From Bacteroidota bacterium (GTDB lineage Bacteria > Bacteroidota > Bacteroidia > Palsa-965), in contig PLYR01000104.1 of the NCBI GenBank assembly GCA_003153435.1, forward strand, positions 2,796 to 66,795: 64,000 nucleotides of DNA. The letters run 5' to 3'. Position 1 is the stretch's first letter, and every line of letters begins with the position of its first letter. Below the pieces are notes generated by a model. It ran no database searches. It saw only the letters and a program-made list of their open reading frames with translations, and had not been told where the DNA came from. The translations under genes were made by a program, and so were the position numbers. Positions 8,567 through 18,649 of this stretch are shown here, one piece after another.

Positions 8567-10300
8567 ATGATCAAAAAAATCCTTTTCCTGATCTGCTTCC
8601 TTCACAGCATCCTGATTCATGCTCAAACCATTTATTATGTGGATGGGGCAGGAGGAAGCAATAGCAATACCGGCACTTCTCTCCTCCAGGCCTGGAAAAC
8701 AATCCAGAAGGCCTGCGACGCTGCTACTCCGAATAGCATTGTGGAAATCAAGGCCGGGACTTATTATGAAAATCTGGTTTTGAATGTAAGTGGCACAGCC
8801 GGAAATCCGATTACCTTCCGGAACTATCAGAATGACTCTGTTTTTATTGATGGTACCGGCACCGCCGGCACCACCCTGATGAGCATTACTGATCAGAATT
8901 ATCTGACTTTCGATAACCTCGTTTTTCAGAACCTTACCGTTAATAATGCCCAGGGAATTCTGGCTCAGACCAGCACTTCCGGAACTTCCACAGGGCTCCG
9001 TTTTCACAACCTCATCATCAGGCATATCAATTGGACTGCGAATGCATCCGCTATTCCCAATTCGAACGACAATGCCCAGGCATTTATTGTTTATGGTCTG
9101 GCAAACGGAATGACCCATTTGACTGTTGACAGCTGCCAGGTATACAGTAATATTCTTGGATTCAGCGAGGCCGTTTCAATCGATGGGAATATAAATGGGT
9201 TTACGGTTTCGAACTGCCTGGTCCATGATAATACCAATATTGGAATCCTTGCCGCTGGAAACTATGGAACCAGTCCTAATCCTTCCACTGATCATGCCCG
9301 GCATGGATTAATAACCCGAAACACCTGCTTTAATAATGTATCTCTTTATGCCACATCTGCTGGAATTTATATAGATGGGGGATGGAGTGTGGTGGTGGAT
9401 GGAAACAAATCCTATGGAAATGGATCGGGGATAGAGCTGGGTTGTGAACAGAATGGCACCACCGATAGCATTACCGTGAAGAACAATATAATCTATAATA
9501 ATCAGTATACAGGACTCGCCATTGGTGGTTATACCACCGCCACTACCGGGCAGGTGACCAACAGCCTCGTTAGGAATAATACTTTCTTCCATAACACCTT
9601 ACCTGCCAATAATACCGGTGAGATTGAAATGTCTAAAGCTTCGAACTGTACGATTGAAAATAATGTGTTTTACACCGATCCCCAAAACATTCTCTTTACA
9701 GCCGACAGCATTGCCCCTCAGTTAAATAATACATTCGATTATAACTGCTGGTTCACTCCTGGAAATGATTCTACGAACATCACGGTGCAATGGCTTCAAA
9801 CAAACTATACAACGTTTGGTGCCTATAGGGCAGGCACAAGCTTAGAGGCACATTCTTTCTATGCTGATCCCCTCCTTTCGAATGCAGTGCTTCCTCAGCC
9901 AGACTTACATCTGGTAAATCTCAGCCCCTGCATCAACCGGAGCAATCCTGCAACCGTCATTAGTGCAGGAGAAACAGATTTCGATGGAAACCCCAGACTA
10001 AACGGAGCCCGGGTGGATATAGGCGCCTATGAGTATGATTTGATTTCGGGGATGAAGGAAGATTATGTTTCTCGGGCGAACCTGGAGCTTTATCCGAATC
10101 CGGCTTCCGCGGCGATTTTTCTGAGAACTGAATCATCTATCAGAAATATCCAGCTTATCAGTATGGAGGGGGTTGTGTTGAGAGAATGGAATCATGTACC
10201 TAACCTCATTTCACTGGATGGGCTTCCGTCGGGAATCTATATGGTTAGATTGATAACCAAGGAAGGAGAAATTATCTGCCGTGTGTTCACCAGGCAATAA
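8567..10300 (+). CDS. right-handed parallel beta-helix (pectate-lyase-like fold) protein with T9SS C-terminal sorting domain
   Basis: Signal peptide (ILIHAQ), and many PbH1-type repeats rich in N and G (NNIIYNNQYTGLAIGG etc.). The C-terminal ~75 aa match a T9SS type-A CTD (LELYPNPASAAIFL...GIYMVRLITKEGEIICRVF). It starts 15 nt after the preceding gene. Confidence 0.75.
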   Translation: MIKKILFLICFLHSILIHAQTIYYVDGAGGSNSNTGTSLLQAWKTIQKACDAATPNSIVEIKAGTYYENLVLNVSGTAGNPITFRNYQNDSVFIDGTGTAGTTLMSITDQNYLTFDNLVFQNLTVNNAQGILAQTSTSGTSTGLRFHNLIIRHINWTANASAIPNSNDNAQAFIVYGLANGMTHLTVDSCQVYSNILGFSEAVSIDGNINGFTVSNCLVHDNTNIGILAAGNYGTSPNPSTDHARHGLITRNTCFNNVSLYATSAGIYIDGGWSVVVDGNKSYGNGSGIELGCEQNGTTDSITVKNNIIYNNQYTGLAIGGYTTATTGQVTNSLVRNNTFFHNTLPANNTGEIEMSKASNCTIENNVFYTDPQNILFTADSIAPQLNNTFDYNCWFTPGNDSTNITVQWLQTNYTTFGAYRAGTSLEAHSFYADPLLSNAVLPQPDLHLVNLSPCINRSNPATVISAGETDFDGNPRLNGARVDIGAYEYDLISGMKEDYVSRANLELYPNPASAAIFLRTESSIRNIQLISMEGVVLREWNHVPNLISLDGLPSGIYMVRLITKEGEIICRVFTRQ

Positions 10301-10313
10301 TGGATGAGCAGTC

Positions 10314-10886
10314 TCAAAACGCAGTCAGCTCGGCATAAAGTTCAAACATAGGAAGCCCCATCACATTGAAATAGGTTCCTTCGATTCTTTTTACACCCAC
10401 CAGTCCGATCCAGTCCTGCGCCCCATAAGCCCCTGCCTTGTCGAATGGCTTGCTGTGCAGGATGTAGTGCTCGATCTCGGCATCCGATAAGTCTTTGAAA
10501 TAAACCTTGGTTTCAGCGGTAAATACTCTTGTTTTTTCAGTACTCATCAGACATACTCCGGTAAAGACCTGATGCATATTGCCAGATAACATTCTGAGCA
10601 TCCTGACCGCATCGGCATGATCTTCTGGTTTGTTGAGTACTTCATTTCCGATCCATACCACTGTGTCTGCAGTGATAATAAGTTCTTCGGGTTTCAACTC
10701 GGGGCGGAAAGCCTCGGCTTTCTTCTTGCAGAGGTATTCCGGAATTTCTGCTCCTTTTAAATGCAGGGGGAAAGACTCATCGGTATCTTTTGTTCTCACT
10801 TCAAAATGCAATCCCAGCTCTTTCAAAAGATGCTGACGTCGGGGTGATTTGGAGGCCAGGATAATCCTGTGTTTAATGAGCTCCAT
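10314..10886 (-). CDS. maf: Maf-like nucleoside triphosphate pyrophosphatase (septum formation protein Maf)
   Basis: N-terminus ILASKSPRRQHLLKELGL and the Maf family fold. It overlaps the upstream gene by 14 nt. Confidence 0.85.
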   Translation of the reverse strand: MELIKHRIILASKSPRRQHLLKELGLHFEVRTKDTDESFPLHLKGAEIPEYLCKKKAEAFRPELKPEELIITADTVVWIGNEVLNKPEDHADAVRMLRMLSGNMHQVFTGVCLMSTEKTRVFTAETKVYFKDLSDAEIEHYILHSKPFDKAGAYGAQDWIGLVGVKRIEGTYFNVMGLPMFELYAELTAF

Positions 10887-11919
10887 TCTTCAGGAGGTTG
10901 ATGGAGTCTTCTATGAGTTGCATCTGCTCTGCCCGGTACATAAAGAGGTAACAGATACCGGCCAGCATAATGATTTTGGTGAGTCCACCGGAAAAGGTAA
11001 AATGTTTTTTCTCTTTTGCAGTCAGGAGCCTTGCTACCAGTGCAAGAAAAGGGATCTGCAGGCCTATCGTAAAGTACCAGAATGATTTGTAATCGCCTGC
11101 ACCAAATTGCCTGATCTGAAGCATGGCCAGCAGGAACATCACAAATAAAGCAAGGAAAGCGACGAGCATTTTCGACTTGCCGGCTCCTAAAGTTATCGCC
11201 AGCGTCTCGCAACCATTCTCTTGATCTCCTTCCAGATCTTCAATATCCTTGATGATCTCCCGCATCAGGGTCACGATAAAAGCAAATGCGGAAAACACTC
11301 CTACCACTATAAACAAAGGAATAAACGTGGTTTTGGCCAGGGTCAGGCAATAGCCGTTGGCATGGGTCTGCAGTTTAAGTTCGAAGAGTGCCACGATGAG
11401 AGGGACCATGCCGGTAAGAAAGGCCACAGCCAGGTTTCCGGAGAGAAACATGCGCTTCAGATTGGTGGAGTAGAACCAGAGGATCACAATGGAGATACCG
11501 AAGATAAAGGTGCCCGGGTAAAAGAAATCATATTTCCAGGAAAGGCCAGAACCAATGATGAAAGCAATGATATTGATAACCACATGAGCCCCCATCGCTA
11601 CCCGGCGTTTGATCCCTTTATCAATCACCATCTGATCCGGTTTGTTAATCCGGTCAATTTTAACGTCAAAATAGTCGTTGATGATATAACCGGCCGCAGC
11701 AATGAGCACTGTACTGAGGGAGAGAAGAAAAAAGTCAAGGTCATTGACCAACAGCTGCAACCCTTCTGAAGGCAAGGCCATGCAGTATTGGTTCAGCAGG
11801 AGCTCCGTCCCTTTTAATCCGGGATAGAGAATGCAATACCTGACCATGTATTGGGTAAAAGCAATAATCAGGAGATTGGGGAGGCGGATAAGTTTCAGAA
11901 ATGCGATGAAGGATTTCAT
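10873..11919 (-). CDS. UbiA-family aromatic/polyprenyl prenyltransferase (integral membrane)
   Basis: Multiple TM helices and the UbiA Asp-rich motif NDYFDVKIDRINKPD. Confidence 0.65.
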   Translation of the reverse strand: MKSFIAFLKLIRLPNLLIIAFTQYMVRYCILYPGLKGTELLLNQYCMALPSEGLQLLVNDLDFFLLSLSTVLIAAAGYIINDYFDVKIDRINKPDQMVIDKGIKRRVAMGAHVVINIIAFIIGSGLSWKYDFFYPGTFIFGISIVILWFYSTNLKRMFLSGNLAVAFLTGMVPLIVALFELKLQTHANGYCLTLAKTTFIPLFIVVGVFSAFAFIVTLMREIIKDIEDLEGDQENGCETLAITLGAGKSKMLVAFLALFVMFLLAMLQIRQFGAGDYKSFWYFTIGLQIPFLALVARLLTAKEKKHFTFSGGLTKIIMLAGICYLFMYRAEQMQLIEDSINLLKNGAH

Positions 11920-11958
11920 ATACCTGCAAATTTATACTGAAAAACGGTTTGTTGAACA

Positions 11959-12468
11959 TTAACTAAACTGAACCCATTTATCCTGGGCTTTTAGAACTTG
12001 CTCAATCACATCTCTGACGCAACCTTCCCCTCCTTTTTTAAGGGAAATATATTGGCACATGGCTTTGATTTCGGAAGCAGCATCAGCCGGACAAGTCCGG
12101 AGATCACATCGTTTCATGATTTCAAAGTCGGGTATGTCATCTCCCATAATCAGGATTTCAGAGAGTGGAATATTATGAGTCCGAAGAAATTTATCGAATG
12201 CTTCCCGCTTATCCCGGACGTTCATATATACATGCTGGATACCCAGAGCATTCAGCTTCTCCTGTAAGAGATCCGATTTTGCACCGGTGATCACTGCAAT
12301 CTGAAAACCTTTTTCTATTGCCAACTGGATCGCAAAAGCATCACGGACATTAAACTGTCTCAGCATCTCTCCGCCGGGCAGCAGGGTGACAGATCCATTC
12401 GTAAAGACCCCATCGATATCGAAAACGAAGAATCGAATTCCTCCGAGCATCTCTTTGTAATTCTTCAT
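11959..12468 (-). CDS. kdsC: 3-deoxy-D-manno-octulosonate 8-phosphate phosphatase, HAD-IIIA family
   Basis: FVFDIDGVFTNG (HAD motif I), AVITGAKSD and IMGDD motifs. The size (169 aa) is typical of KdsC. Confidence 0.8.
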   Translation of the reverse strand: MKNYKEMLGGIRFFVFDIDGVFTNGSVTLLPGGEMLRQFNVRDAFAIQLAIEKGFQIAVITGAKSDLLQEKLNALGIQHVYMNVRDKREAFDKFLRTHNIPLSEILIMGDDIPDFEIMKRCDLRTCPADAASEIKAMCQYISLKKGGEGCVRDVIEQVLKAQDKWVQFS

Positions 12469-13250
12469 TTTTCCCGGATGCTTTTACTGATGGATAGATA
12501 GAGTTGCCGGAAATTTTTATCATCCGACAGCATTTTAAGATGTTTCTTGAGGGTCTTGGTGTCCTTTCTGGAAGCAGGACCGGTCTGCGCAGCCACAGGG
12601 CCTATATCTAATGATTTGAGCGCGGTTTCAAGGATTAAGGGGTGGAGCAGGGTGAAAGGAATCTTTTTCTTCTTCAGTAGCTTTTCAGCAATGACATACA
12701 TCTGATTGCTGAAGTTGCTTGCAAAGACTGCCGCCAGATGGAGGAGCCTTCTTTCTTCTGTATTGATCCAGACCACTTCGTTGCTCACTTTTCTGGCTAT
12801 CTTTTCGAGCAAACTTTTTCCGGCTTTGGTATTGGCTTCCAGACAAAGGGGAGTTTTTCTCCAGGTTATTGGTCTTTTGACAGAAAGTGTTTGCAGTGGC
12901 CACAATACACCGATGTTTTCAGAAGCCGGTTTCAGAGCGTCTATACCCACCGATCCGGAGGTATGTACTACCAGACGGTCTTTCAGCTTCAGTTTGGAAG
13001 CGAGCATAGCGATGGCATCATCCTTTACAGCAATGATGTACAAGTCGGCATTTTTCTCGATTTTGTTTATCGCCGACACCGGCCTTGCTTTGAGCTGAGA
13101 GGCCAGGGCTTTCGCATTTTTGGAGTGGGGGCTATAAACCTGGGCAATATGAAGTCCGTTCTGACGAAGTGCAAGTCCAAGCTGGGTTGCCACATTCCCG
13201 GAACCGAGCAGGATGATTCTGAAATAAGTAACACTGCTCTTCTTCTGCAT
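12465..13250 (-). CDS. Rossmann-fold NAD(P)-binding protein, DUF2520-like
   Basis: N-terminal GxGxxA dinucleotide motif (ILLGSGNVATQLG), and the length and composition fit the Bacteroidota DUF2520 family. It overlaps the kdsC start by 4 nt. Confidence 0.55.
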   Translation of the reverse strand: MQKKSSVTYFRIILLGSGNVATQLGLALRQNGLHIAQVYSPHSKNAKALASQLKARPVSAINKIEKNADLYIIAVKDDAIAMLASKLKLKDRLVVHTSGSVGIDALKPASENIGVLWPLQTLSVKRPITWRKTPLCLEANTKAGKSLLEKIARKVSNEVVWINTEERRLLHLAAVFASNFSNQMYVIAEKLLKKKKIPFTLLHPLILETALKSLDIGPVAAQTGPASRKDTKTLKKHLKMLSDDKNFRQLYLSISKSIREK

Positions 13251-13260
13251 GTGTCTTTAT

Positions 13261-15921
13261 TTATTTTTTGCGTAACCGCTCCCTCAGGGCCAGCACTGTT
13301 CCTGTAATCATAACCAGGCAACCGATCCAGAGTACATTGATCCAGGGAAACAACAGTGCTTCCATGACAATGAAATCCTTTTTGTTTGATTTATGCTCCG
13401 ATACATAAACAGAAATCTTCTTACTCGCCGGATCAACTTTTACAAAATTAAGCCGGAGGCCAAGATCGTTGAGCGTATCCTCTATAGGTTTACTTTGGTT
13501 ATTACGGATGGTAAAGACAGGTTGAGCCAAATGATGTCTTCCATGATCATCGATTGCCGAAAAATTAGCCTGAACGGCCAGGATGGAATCAGATAAATGA
13601 TACTTCTTCCGGTCAAAATGGGTCGTCAGAGAATCGAGCACCAGGAAGCTGTTGCTTGTGAAAATAGTATCCTGTTTCCCCACCGTCTTTTCAACAGGAG
13701 TAGAGTATTCGTCAGCCCCGGTTCCGATGGAGGGATCGAGGTCGGCTGTGGCCAGATGGGTGTAGATATCACGAAAGAGGAAATGCTTTGTTGAAGGTTC
13801 AAACACATTCCCCATTCTGTCATTCCGTTGAACGAGCGGGCTGAGTGTAAAGGCATGTTCATAATGCCCGTCTTTAAGTTTTTTCAAATATTCCACATCG
13901 AAATACAGATAGAGCTTGTTCTCTCCAACTCCATTGTGTCGTCCCAGATAAGTCACAAAATAATCCCCCATCGGCAATGTATCGCCTTTAGTCAGCAGGA
14001 TGTTTGTAGCGTTTGAAAGGTCTTTGTCAAGCGTTCTTAAGTCTCCTCTGATATTCTGCGAAATAACTTCCTTTTTGGAATTAGAGAGCAAAGCCCCGAT
14101 GAGGATCAGTCCAAACCCGATATGAGCTATGGAAGAACCTGATTTGGAAACTTTTCCTTTTCCAACTTTTCGCCAGTATTCAATATTGGAGCAGACCGCA
14201 AAGAGGGAGCAGAAAAGAAGAATCTCGTTAAGAACATATTGCAGGGAGTTGTTATTCGGAAGGCCGTATCCAATAATGCCGGTAAGCAGTCCTGATACAA
14301 GAAGTGGTATAATCAGATTTCGTGCGAAAGCCTTAAAAGGAGTGTTCTTGTATTTCAGGAACTGACCGAAACCAACGAAGAAGGCAACGACCAGTGCAAA
14401 AAGAGCTTGCCATTTGTTATAGAATGCGATCGCATTTTTTTCTGTAGCCAGCTTACCAGAGGCAAAGTTGGCTAAACCTTTAAAGTTAAACCATTGCACC
14501 ATTTTATTGTGGATGCCCTGAATAATGGAATGGATGAAATCCACCTGTATGATTTTGTTCAGAACAGGGAATGAGGTGTATAGTATAATCTGAAAAGATG
14601 CGATGGTCAGAACCAGGGAACCGATAAACATCCAGAATTCCCGGCTCCAGAGATCTTCTTCTTTTTCTTCTTTTGGAAAGTGATTCTGATACCCCAGGAT
14701 GAGCACCAGCAGCGACAAGACCGAAAAGGTAAATACAAATGCAGTTTTAATGCCTGTCAGGATTCCCAGCAGGAGCAAGGAGAAAGAGAGCAGGGTATAA
14801 ACTATTTTGAGCCTCTTGTTCATTGCGAGGAGGGTAACACTCATCCAGACAAAGAAGAGCATATAGAGCAGCAGTTGGCCCGACATGCCCAGGTCTGTAA
14901 ATGCATGCACAGAAGTATTTCCAAGTATTCCACTTCTGGTCAGGAAAGTAGAATAGAGTACCAGCAGAAAGGTAATGATGGTCAGAAAAAAAGTGGTGAA
15001 AAGGGAGATTTTGCGGTTTTTGTTGACCAGCATCACGTGTCCTGCTCCTACAAAACAAAGCCATGGAACCAGAGAAGCATTTTCAACCGGATCCCATGCC
15101 CAGAATCCTCCAAAGGTAAGTGCCTCGTATGCCCAGGCTCCGCCCATCAGAATTCCGGTGCCCAGGATCATAATCCCGAAAAAGGTCCAGGGCAGGGCAG
15201 GGCTCTGCCACTCATTTAGTTTCTTTTTCCATAAGCCAGCTATAGCATATGCAAAGGGAACAAGGGTGGAAGCGAAACCGAGAAACAGGGTGGGAGGGTG
15301 AATGGTCATCCAGTAATTCTGGAGTAAGGGATTCAGTCCACGTCCGTCCTGGAAGTATGGGATCTTAGTCAGGTAGTCGGCCAGCTTGGTCCACGGCAGT
15401 CCAAGGTTCTCCGGTAGCTGTCTGACCAGCAGAAAAGGATTGCTTCCAATATGCAGACTGCCTACATATATTCCAAGGAGCATGGAAGCAAGAAAGATCT
15501 GTACAAAGGAGAATACGGTCATCACCGGTGCTTCCCATTCTTTTGAATATCGGATCAGTATATTTCCAAGTACTACGTGCCAGAATGTCCAGAGGAGGAA
15601 GCTGCCTTCCTGTCCTTCCCAGAAGCAGGAGAAAATATATTTCATGGGCATCTCCAGATTGCTGTGCTCCCATATATACTGATATTCAAAATAATGATTG
15701 TAAAGCATGACAAACAGAGTTGCCATGATCCCTAGTACGGCCAGAGAATGAACACGGAAGGCAGTTCTCCCTAACCGTTTCCAGGAATTATCTTCAAGTG
15801 GTTTGTTTGCGGTAATAAAATAGGACACGGCCGAAAGGATGGCCCCGGTAAAAGAAAGGATGATGAAGAAGTTGCCAATTAAGCCTGCCCAGCTATGTTC
15901 CCCGCTATAGTGTATTTCCAT
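13261..15921 (-). CDS. ccmF: cytochrome c maturation heme lyase subunit CcmF (extended, 886 aa)
   Basis: Polytopic membrane protein with the Trp-rich WWD motif FGGFWAWDPVENASLVPWL. It sits directly upstream of ccmE/D/C/B on the same strand. Confidence 0.8.
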   Translation of the reverse strand: MEIHYSGEHSWAGLIGNFFIILSFTGAILSAVSYFITANKPLEDNSWKRLGRTAFRVHSLAVLGIMATLFVMLYNHYFEYQYIWEHSNLEMPMKYIFSCFWEGQEGSFLLWTFWHVVLGNILIRYSKEWEAPVMTVFSFVQIFLASMLLGIYVGSLHIGSNPFLLVRQLPENLGLPWTKLADYLTKIPYFQDGRGLNPLLQNYWMTIHPPTLFLGFASTLVPFAYAIAGLWKKKLNEWQSPALPWTFFGIMILGTGILMGGAWAYEALTFGGFWAWDPVENASLVPWLCFVGAGHVMLVNKNRKISLFTTFFLTIITFLLVLYSTFLTRSGILGNTSVHAFTDLGMSGQLLLYMLFFVWMSVTLLAMNKRLKIVYTLLSFSLLLLGILTGIKTAFVFTFSVLSLLVLILGYQNHFPKEEKEEDLWSREFWMFIGSLVLTIASFQIILYTSFPVLNKIIQVDFIHSIIQGIHNKMVQWFNFKGLANFASGKLATEKNAIAFYNKWQALFALVVAFFVGFGQFLKYKNTPFKAFARNLIIPLLVSGLLTGIIGYGLPNNNSLQYVLNEILLFCSLFAVCSNIEYWRKVGKGKVSKSGSSIAHIGFGLILIGALLSNSKKEVISQNIRGDLRTLDKDLSNATNILLTKGDTLPMGDYFVTYLGRHNGVGENKLYLYFDVEYLKKLKDGHYEHAFTLSPLVQRNDRMGNVFEPSTKHFLFRDIYTHLATADLDPSIGTGADEYSTPVEKTVGKQDTIFTSNSFLVLDSLTTHFDRKKYHLSDSILAVQANFSAIDDHGRHHLAQPVFTIRNNQSKPIEDTLNDLGLRLNFVKVDPASKKISVYVSEHKSNKKDFIVMEALLFPWINVLWIGCLVMITGTVLALRERLRKK

Positions 15922-15963
15922 AATATTATTTTGAGGCTTGCTTCAGGCAGGTGCTCGGCGAAG

Positions 15964-16347
15964 TTACTGAACTGGTTTATTGTTGTTATACTTTGAAGGG
16001 CATTTGACAAGAGTTTCAGAGGCAGAGAAATCTGCGCCCTTCATTTTCCCGATCACTACCACTTGTTCTGATTTTTCGAAATCCTGGGGCTTGCTGTTAT
16101 GCAGGCAAACTTTACGTTCTGTTCCTTCCTGATCAGTCATAAAAAAAACAAAGAGGTTAGGGTCTTTTTGTGGATCGTAGATTGTTCCTTTTTCTTTATC
16201 CCACTTTCCAACAATGTGAAAATCAGATTCGGGGCTCTTGGCTGATTCGGAAAAGGTTGCATACTTGCTGGTGCTTACCAGAGAAGACATAATCATCCCG
16301 ATGGCCAATGCGATGAGAATGATGCCTATGATATGGGATCTTTTCAT
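15964..16347 (-). CDS. ccmE: cytochrome c maturation heme chaperone CcmE-like (membrane-anchored OB-fold)
   Basis: A single N-terminal TM helix and a ~100-aa periplasmic domain. Its size and position between ccmF and ccmD match the ccm operon. Confidence 0.55.
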   Translation of the reverse strand: MKRSHIIGIILIALAIGMIMSSLVSTSKYATFSESAKSPESDFHIVGKWDKEKGTIYDPQKDPNLFVFFMTDQEGTERKVCLHNSKPQDFEKSEQVVVIGKMKGADFSASETLVKCPSKYNNNKPVQ

Positions 16348-16358
16348 GAATTAAATGC

Positions 16359-16589
16359 TTAGGGTGTTTGTTTTTTTTGAGACGCCATTTCTTTCTCCAG
16401 CCTGGAAATTTTCCGGTCGATGGTTACGAGGTAAACAATTAACCCGCATAGGACAATGGCGGCCACGCAAACCACTACATATATTTTGCCAGAGGATCGG
16501 AGGGTGTCTGCCATTTCAGGACGTGCGTCCTGAGCAGACATGCTGATAACCGTCAAGACGAAGAAAAGGAAAGTTAATATTCTTTTCAT
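16359..16589 (-). CDS. ccmD: CcmD-family small membrane protein
   Basis: 76 aa. The block MADTLRSSGKIYVVVCVAAIVLCGLIVYLVTIDRKISRLEKE resembles the Bacteroidota CcmD family. The stop overlaps the ccmC start by 4 nt. Confidence 0.55.
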   Translation of the reverse strand: MKRILTFLFFVLTVISMSAQDARPEMADTLRSSGKIYVVVCVAAIVLCGLIVYLVTIDRKISRLEKEMASQKKQTP

Positions 16590-17278
16590 AGGGTAGGATG
16601 ATCAGTAAAAGTGGGTTCGTGTAATTGGTTTTCAAGTGTGGCAATGCGGACCCGGATGGTCATAATCCAGACACCGAGGAGTATCCAACCAAGAACAGCA
16701 GGGTAAAATACCATTCGCATTTTACTGTCCAGGTCGTATTTGCTAAATCCAGGATTTCCTCCGTTGCCAGGGTGGAGAGAGTCTTCCATTCTTGGAAGAA
16801 TCATAATGAATACCATCATCATGACAAAGGCAAAAATGCTGTAGACCGCCGAGAGTCTGGCTCTCTTTTGCTCATCTTCTACGGAGCCCCGGAGGACGAA
16901 ATATGCGAAATAGATTAGCATGGTAATCGCTGCACCGTTCAATTTGGTGTCTGAGGTCCACCAGGTACCCCAGGTATATCTTGCCCAGAGAGAACCCGTG
17001 ATAAGACCCAGGATTCCCATCGCTACACCGGCATGAGCTGATTCTCTTGCGATAAGATCATCCCTCATCCTACCATTTCGGAGGTGTCGGATCCCATAAA
17101 TAACTGAAATGAAGAGAAGAGTCATCATCCCGAACCACATAGGAACATGGAAGTAAAGATTTCGGATGGTTTCGTTCAGAATTTCCCGGGCTGGAACTTC
17201 TCCTATAAAGCCTTCAATTACTGTATATAACAGGCAAACAGAGGCCAGGATTTTCCACCAATTTTTTTTGATATTCAT
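16586..17278 (-). CDS. ccmC: heme exporter protein CcmC
   Basis: Trp-rich WWD loop WARYTWGTWWTSDTKLNGA, six predicted TM segments, 230 aa. Confidence 0.85.
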   Translation of the reverse strand: MNIKKNWWKILASVCLLYTVIEGFIGEVPAREILNETIRNLYFHVPMWFGMMTLLFISVIYGIRHLRNGRMRDDLIARESAHAGVAMGILGLITGSLWARYTWGTWWTSDTKLNGAAITMLIYFAYFVLRGSVEDEQKRARLSAVYSIFAFVMMMVFIMILPRMEDSLHPGNGGNPGFSKYDLDSKMRMVFYPAVLGWILLGVWIMTIRVRIATLENQLHEPTFTDHPTL

Positions 17279-17285
17279 GCTAGCA

Positions 17286-17945
17286 TTAATCCTTCCAAAG
17301 GTACGGAAATAAGAGATAACTGAGAACCCCGGTAATCACATTTATAGAGGCCAGAATGAGTAGGTATTTGTAACTTATAGCAGGATCAAGACCATCCAAT
17401 GCATTTTTTGATATTTTGAGAACAGTCATTAGCAAAGGCAGCAAAATCGGAAAGCTCAATACGGCCATAAGGGTAAAGCTGTTACTGGTTCGGGAAGCGA
17501 TAGCCGACATAGTAGTGAGTACGCACGAAAATCCCATACTCCCCAGTACCACATCCGCAAGGAATAAGGGCATATTCTGAATCGGGTTTCCTCCAAGAAG
17601 AATAACATATACCACAAAACCGATGATTGATAATAGCAACATCAGAAGCATGTTATACAACACTTTAGCAATAATGATGGCTTGAGGACTTGCAAGGGTA
17701 TACATATATACAAATCTGGCCCTGGAGTCCTGGATAAAGCTTTTTCCGGCAGCATTCACAGAGGCAAAGAGCATGATGATCCAGAAGAGTGCATTCCAGG
17801 CTGCCGGCTGAGGAAGCGACCGGAAACTCATTTTGCAGACAAAGATGGTTGAAACCAGGTAAAGAATGATTCCGTTAAGGCTTTGCTTTTGCCGGCTTTC
17901 CAGCATGAATTCCTTGTAAAGCAATAGCCTTATTTCTTTAAGCAT
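17286..17945 (-). CDS. ccmB: heme exporter permease CcmB
   Basis: Six TM helices, about 220 aa from the internal ATG (MLKEIRLLLYKEF) that aligns with CcmB N-termini. The ORF track extends to a further upstream ATG at 18023. Confidence 0.7.
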   Translation of the reverse strand: MLKEIRLLLYKEFMLESRQKQSLNGIILYLVSTIFVCKMSFRSLPQPAAWNALFWIIMLFASVNAAGKSFIQDSRARFVYMYTLASPQAIIIAKVLYNMLLMLLLSIIGFVVYVILLGGNPIQNMPLFLADVVLGSMGFSCVLTTMSAIASRTSNSFTLMAVLSFPILLPLLMTVLKISKNALDGLDPAISYKYLLILASINVITGVLSYLLFPYLWKD

Positions 17946-18058
17946 AATCCTGGTTGATAAGCCCCCCAATGGGGAGGGGACAGATACAAAGATAAGGTTT
18001 TCTTCTTCCCGGATCTTTGGCATCTGTCCCTCCTTAGGGTTAAGGACCAGCTTTGAGA

Positions 18059-18433
18059 TTACTTCACTGATGAAGCAGGAGAAGGACTCTCTTCTCCTTT
18101 TGCTTTCGGAGGGAGATGTATTTCCTGTATCACAATTTCTGTAAAGTAACGCTTCACTCCCTCTTTGTCTTCATAAGTCTTTGTAGTCAGTCGTCCTTTA
18201 ATGGTTAGCTCAGATCCTTTTTTGGTTAGCTTTTCCAAAATCTCAGCCTCTTTTCCCCAGGCAACCAGGTTATGCCACTGAGTTTCTGTAATCCACTCTC
18301 CTTTCGCATTTTTGTAATGATCCGAGGTGGCCATGGTTACCTTTGCCATTTTCTTGCCTCCTTCAAAACTTTTAATCTCTGGATCCCTTCCGAGATTTCC
18401 GATCAGTTGTACACTGTTGCAGATTGTTTTCAT
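18059..18433 (-). CDS. ssb: single-stranded DNA-binding protein, short SsbB-like form lacking the acidic DDDIPF C-terminal tip
   Basis: OB-fold SSB pattern (VQLIGNLGRDPEIK...WHNLVAWGK...). The C-terminus ends ...SPSPASSVK with no acidic tail. Confidence 0.8.
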   Translation of the reverse strand: MKTICNSVQLIGNLGRDPEIKSFEGGKKMAKVTMATSDHYKNAKGEWITETQWHNLVAWGKEAEILEKLTKKGSELTIKGRLTTKTYEDKEGVKRYFTEIVIQEIHLPPKAKGEESPSPASSVK

Positions 18434-18601
18434 GTGTTTGTTTTTTTATTTGTTTTCCTTGCTCCTGTCCTTTGACAAGTTTCTTTTTTTTTTCAACTTT
18501 GATCCGCTGAAATGGATGCAGCTGAATCAAATTGATAAGGCAAAGGTGCTGCTCACCGGTGCTGTTATTCGGTTGATAAACATTTACATCCGTATGTAGT
18601 C

Positions 18602-18621
18602 GTTTGTAAGCGTTTACAAAC
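18602..18621. promoter_or_regulatory. perfect 8-bp inverted repeat with 4-nt spacer (GTTTGTAA-gcgt-TTACAAAC); candidate operator in the divergent ssb / 18650 promoter region
   Basis: Read directly from the sequence. The core TGTAAGCGTTTACA is one mismatch from the LacI/CcpA-type palindrome TGTAAGCGCTTACA. It lies 29 nt upstream of the ATG at 18650. Confidence 0.4.
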
Positions 18622-18649
18622 GGCTTTCTGTCTGATACCGTTGGAAACC

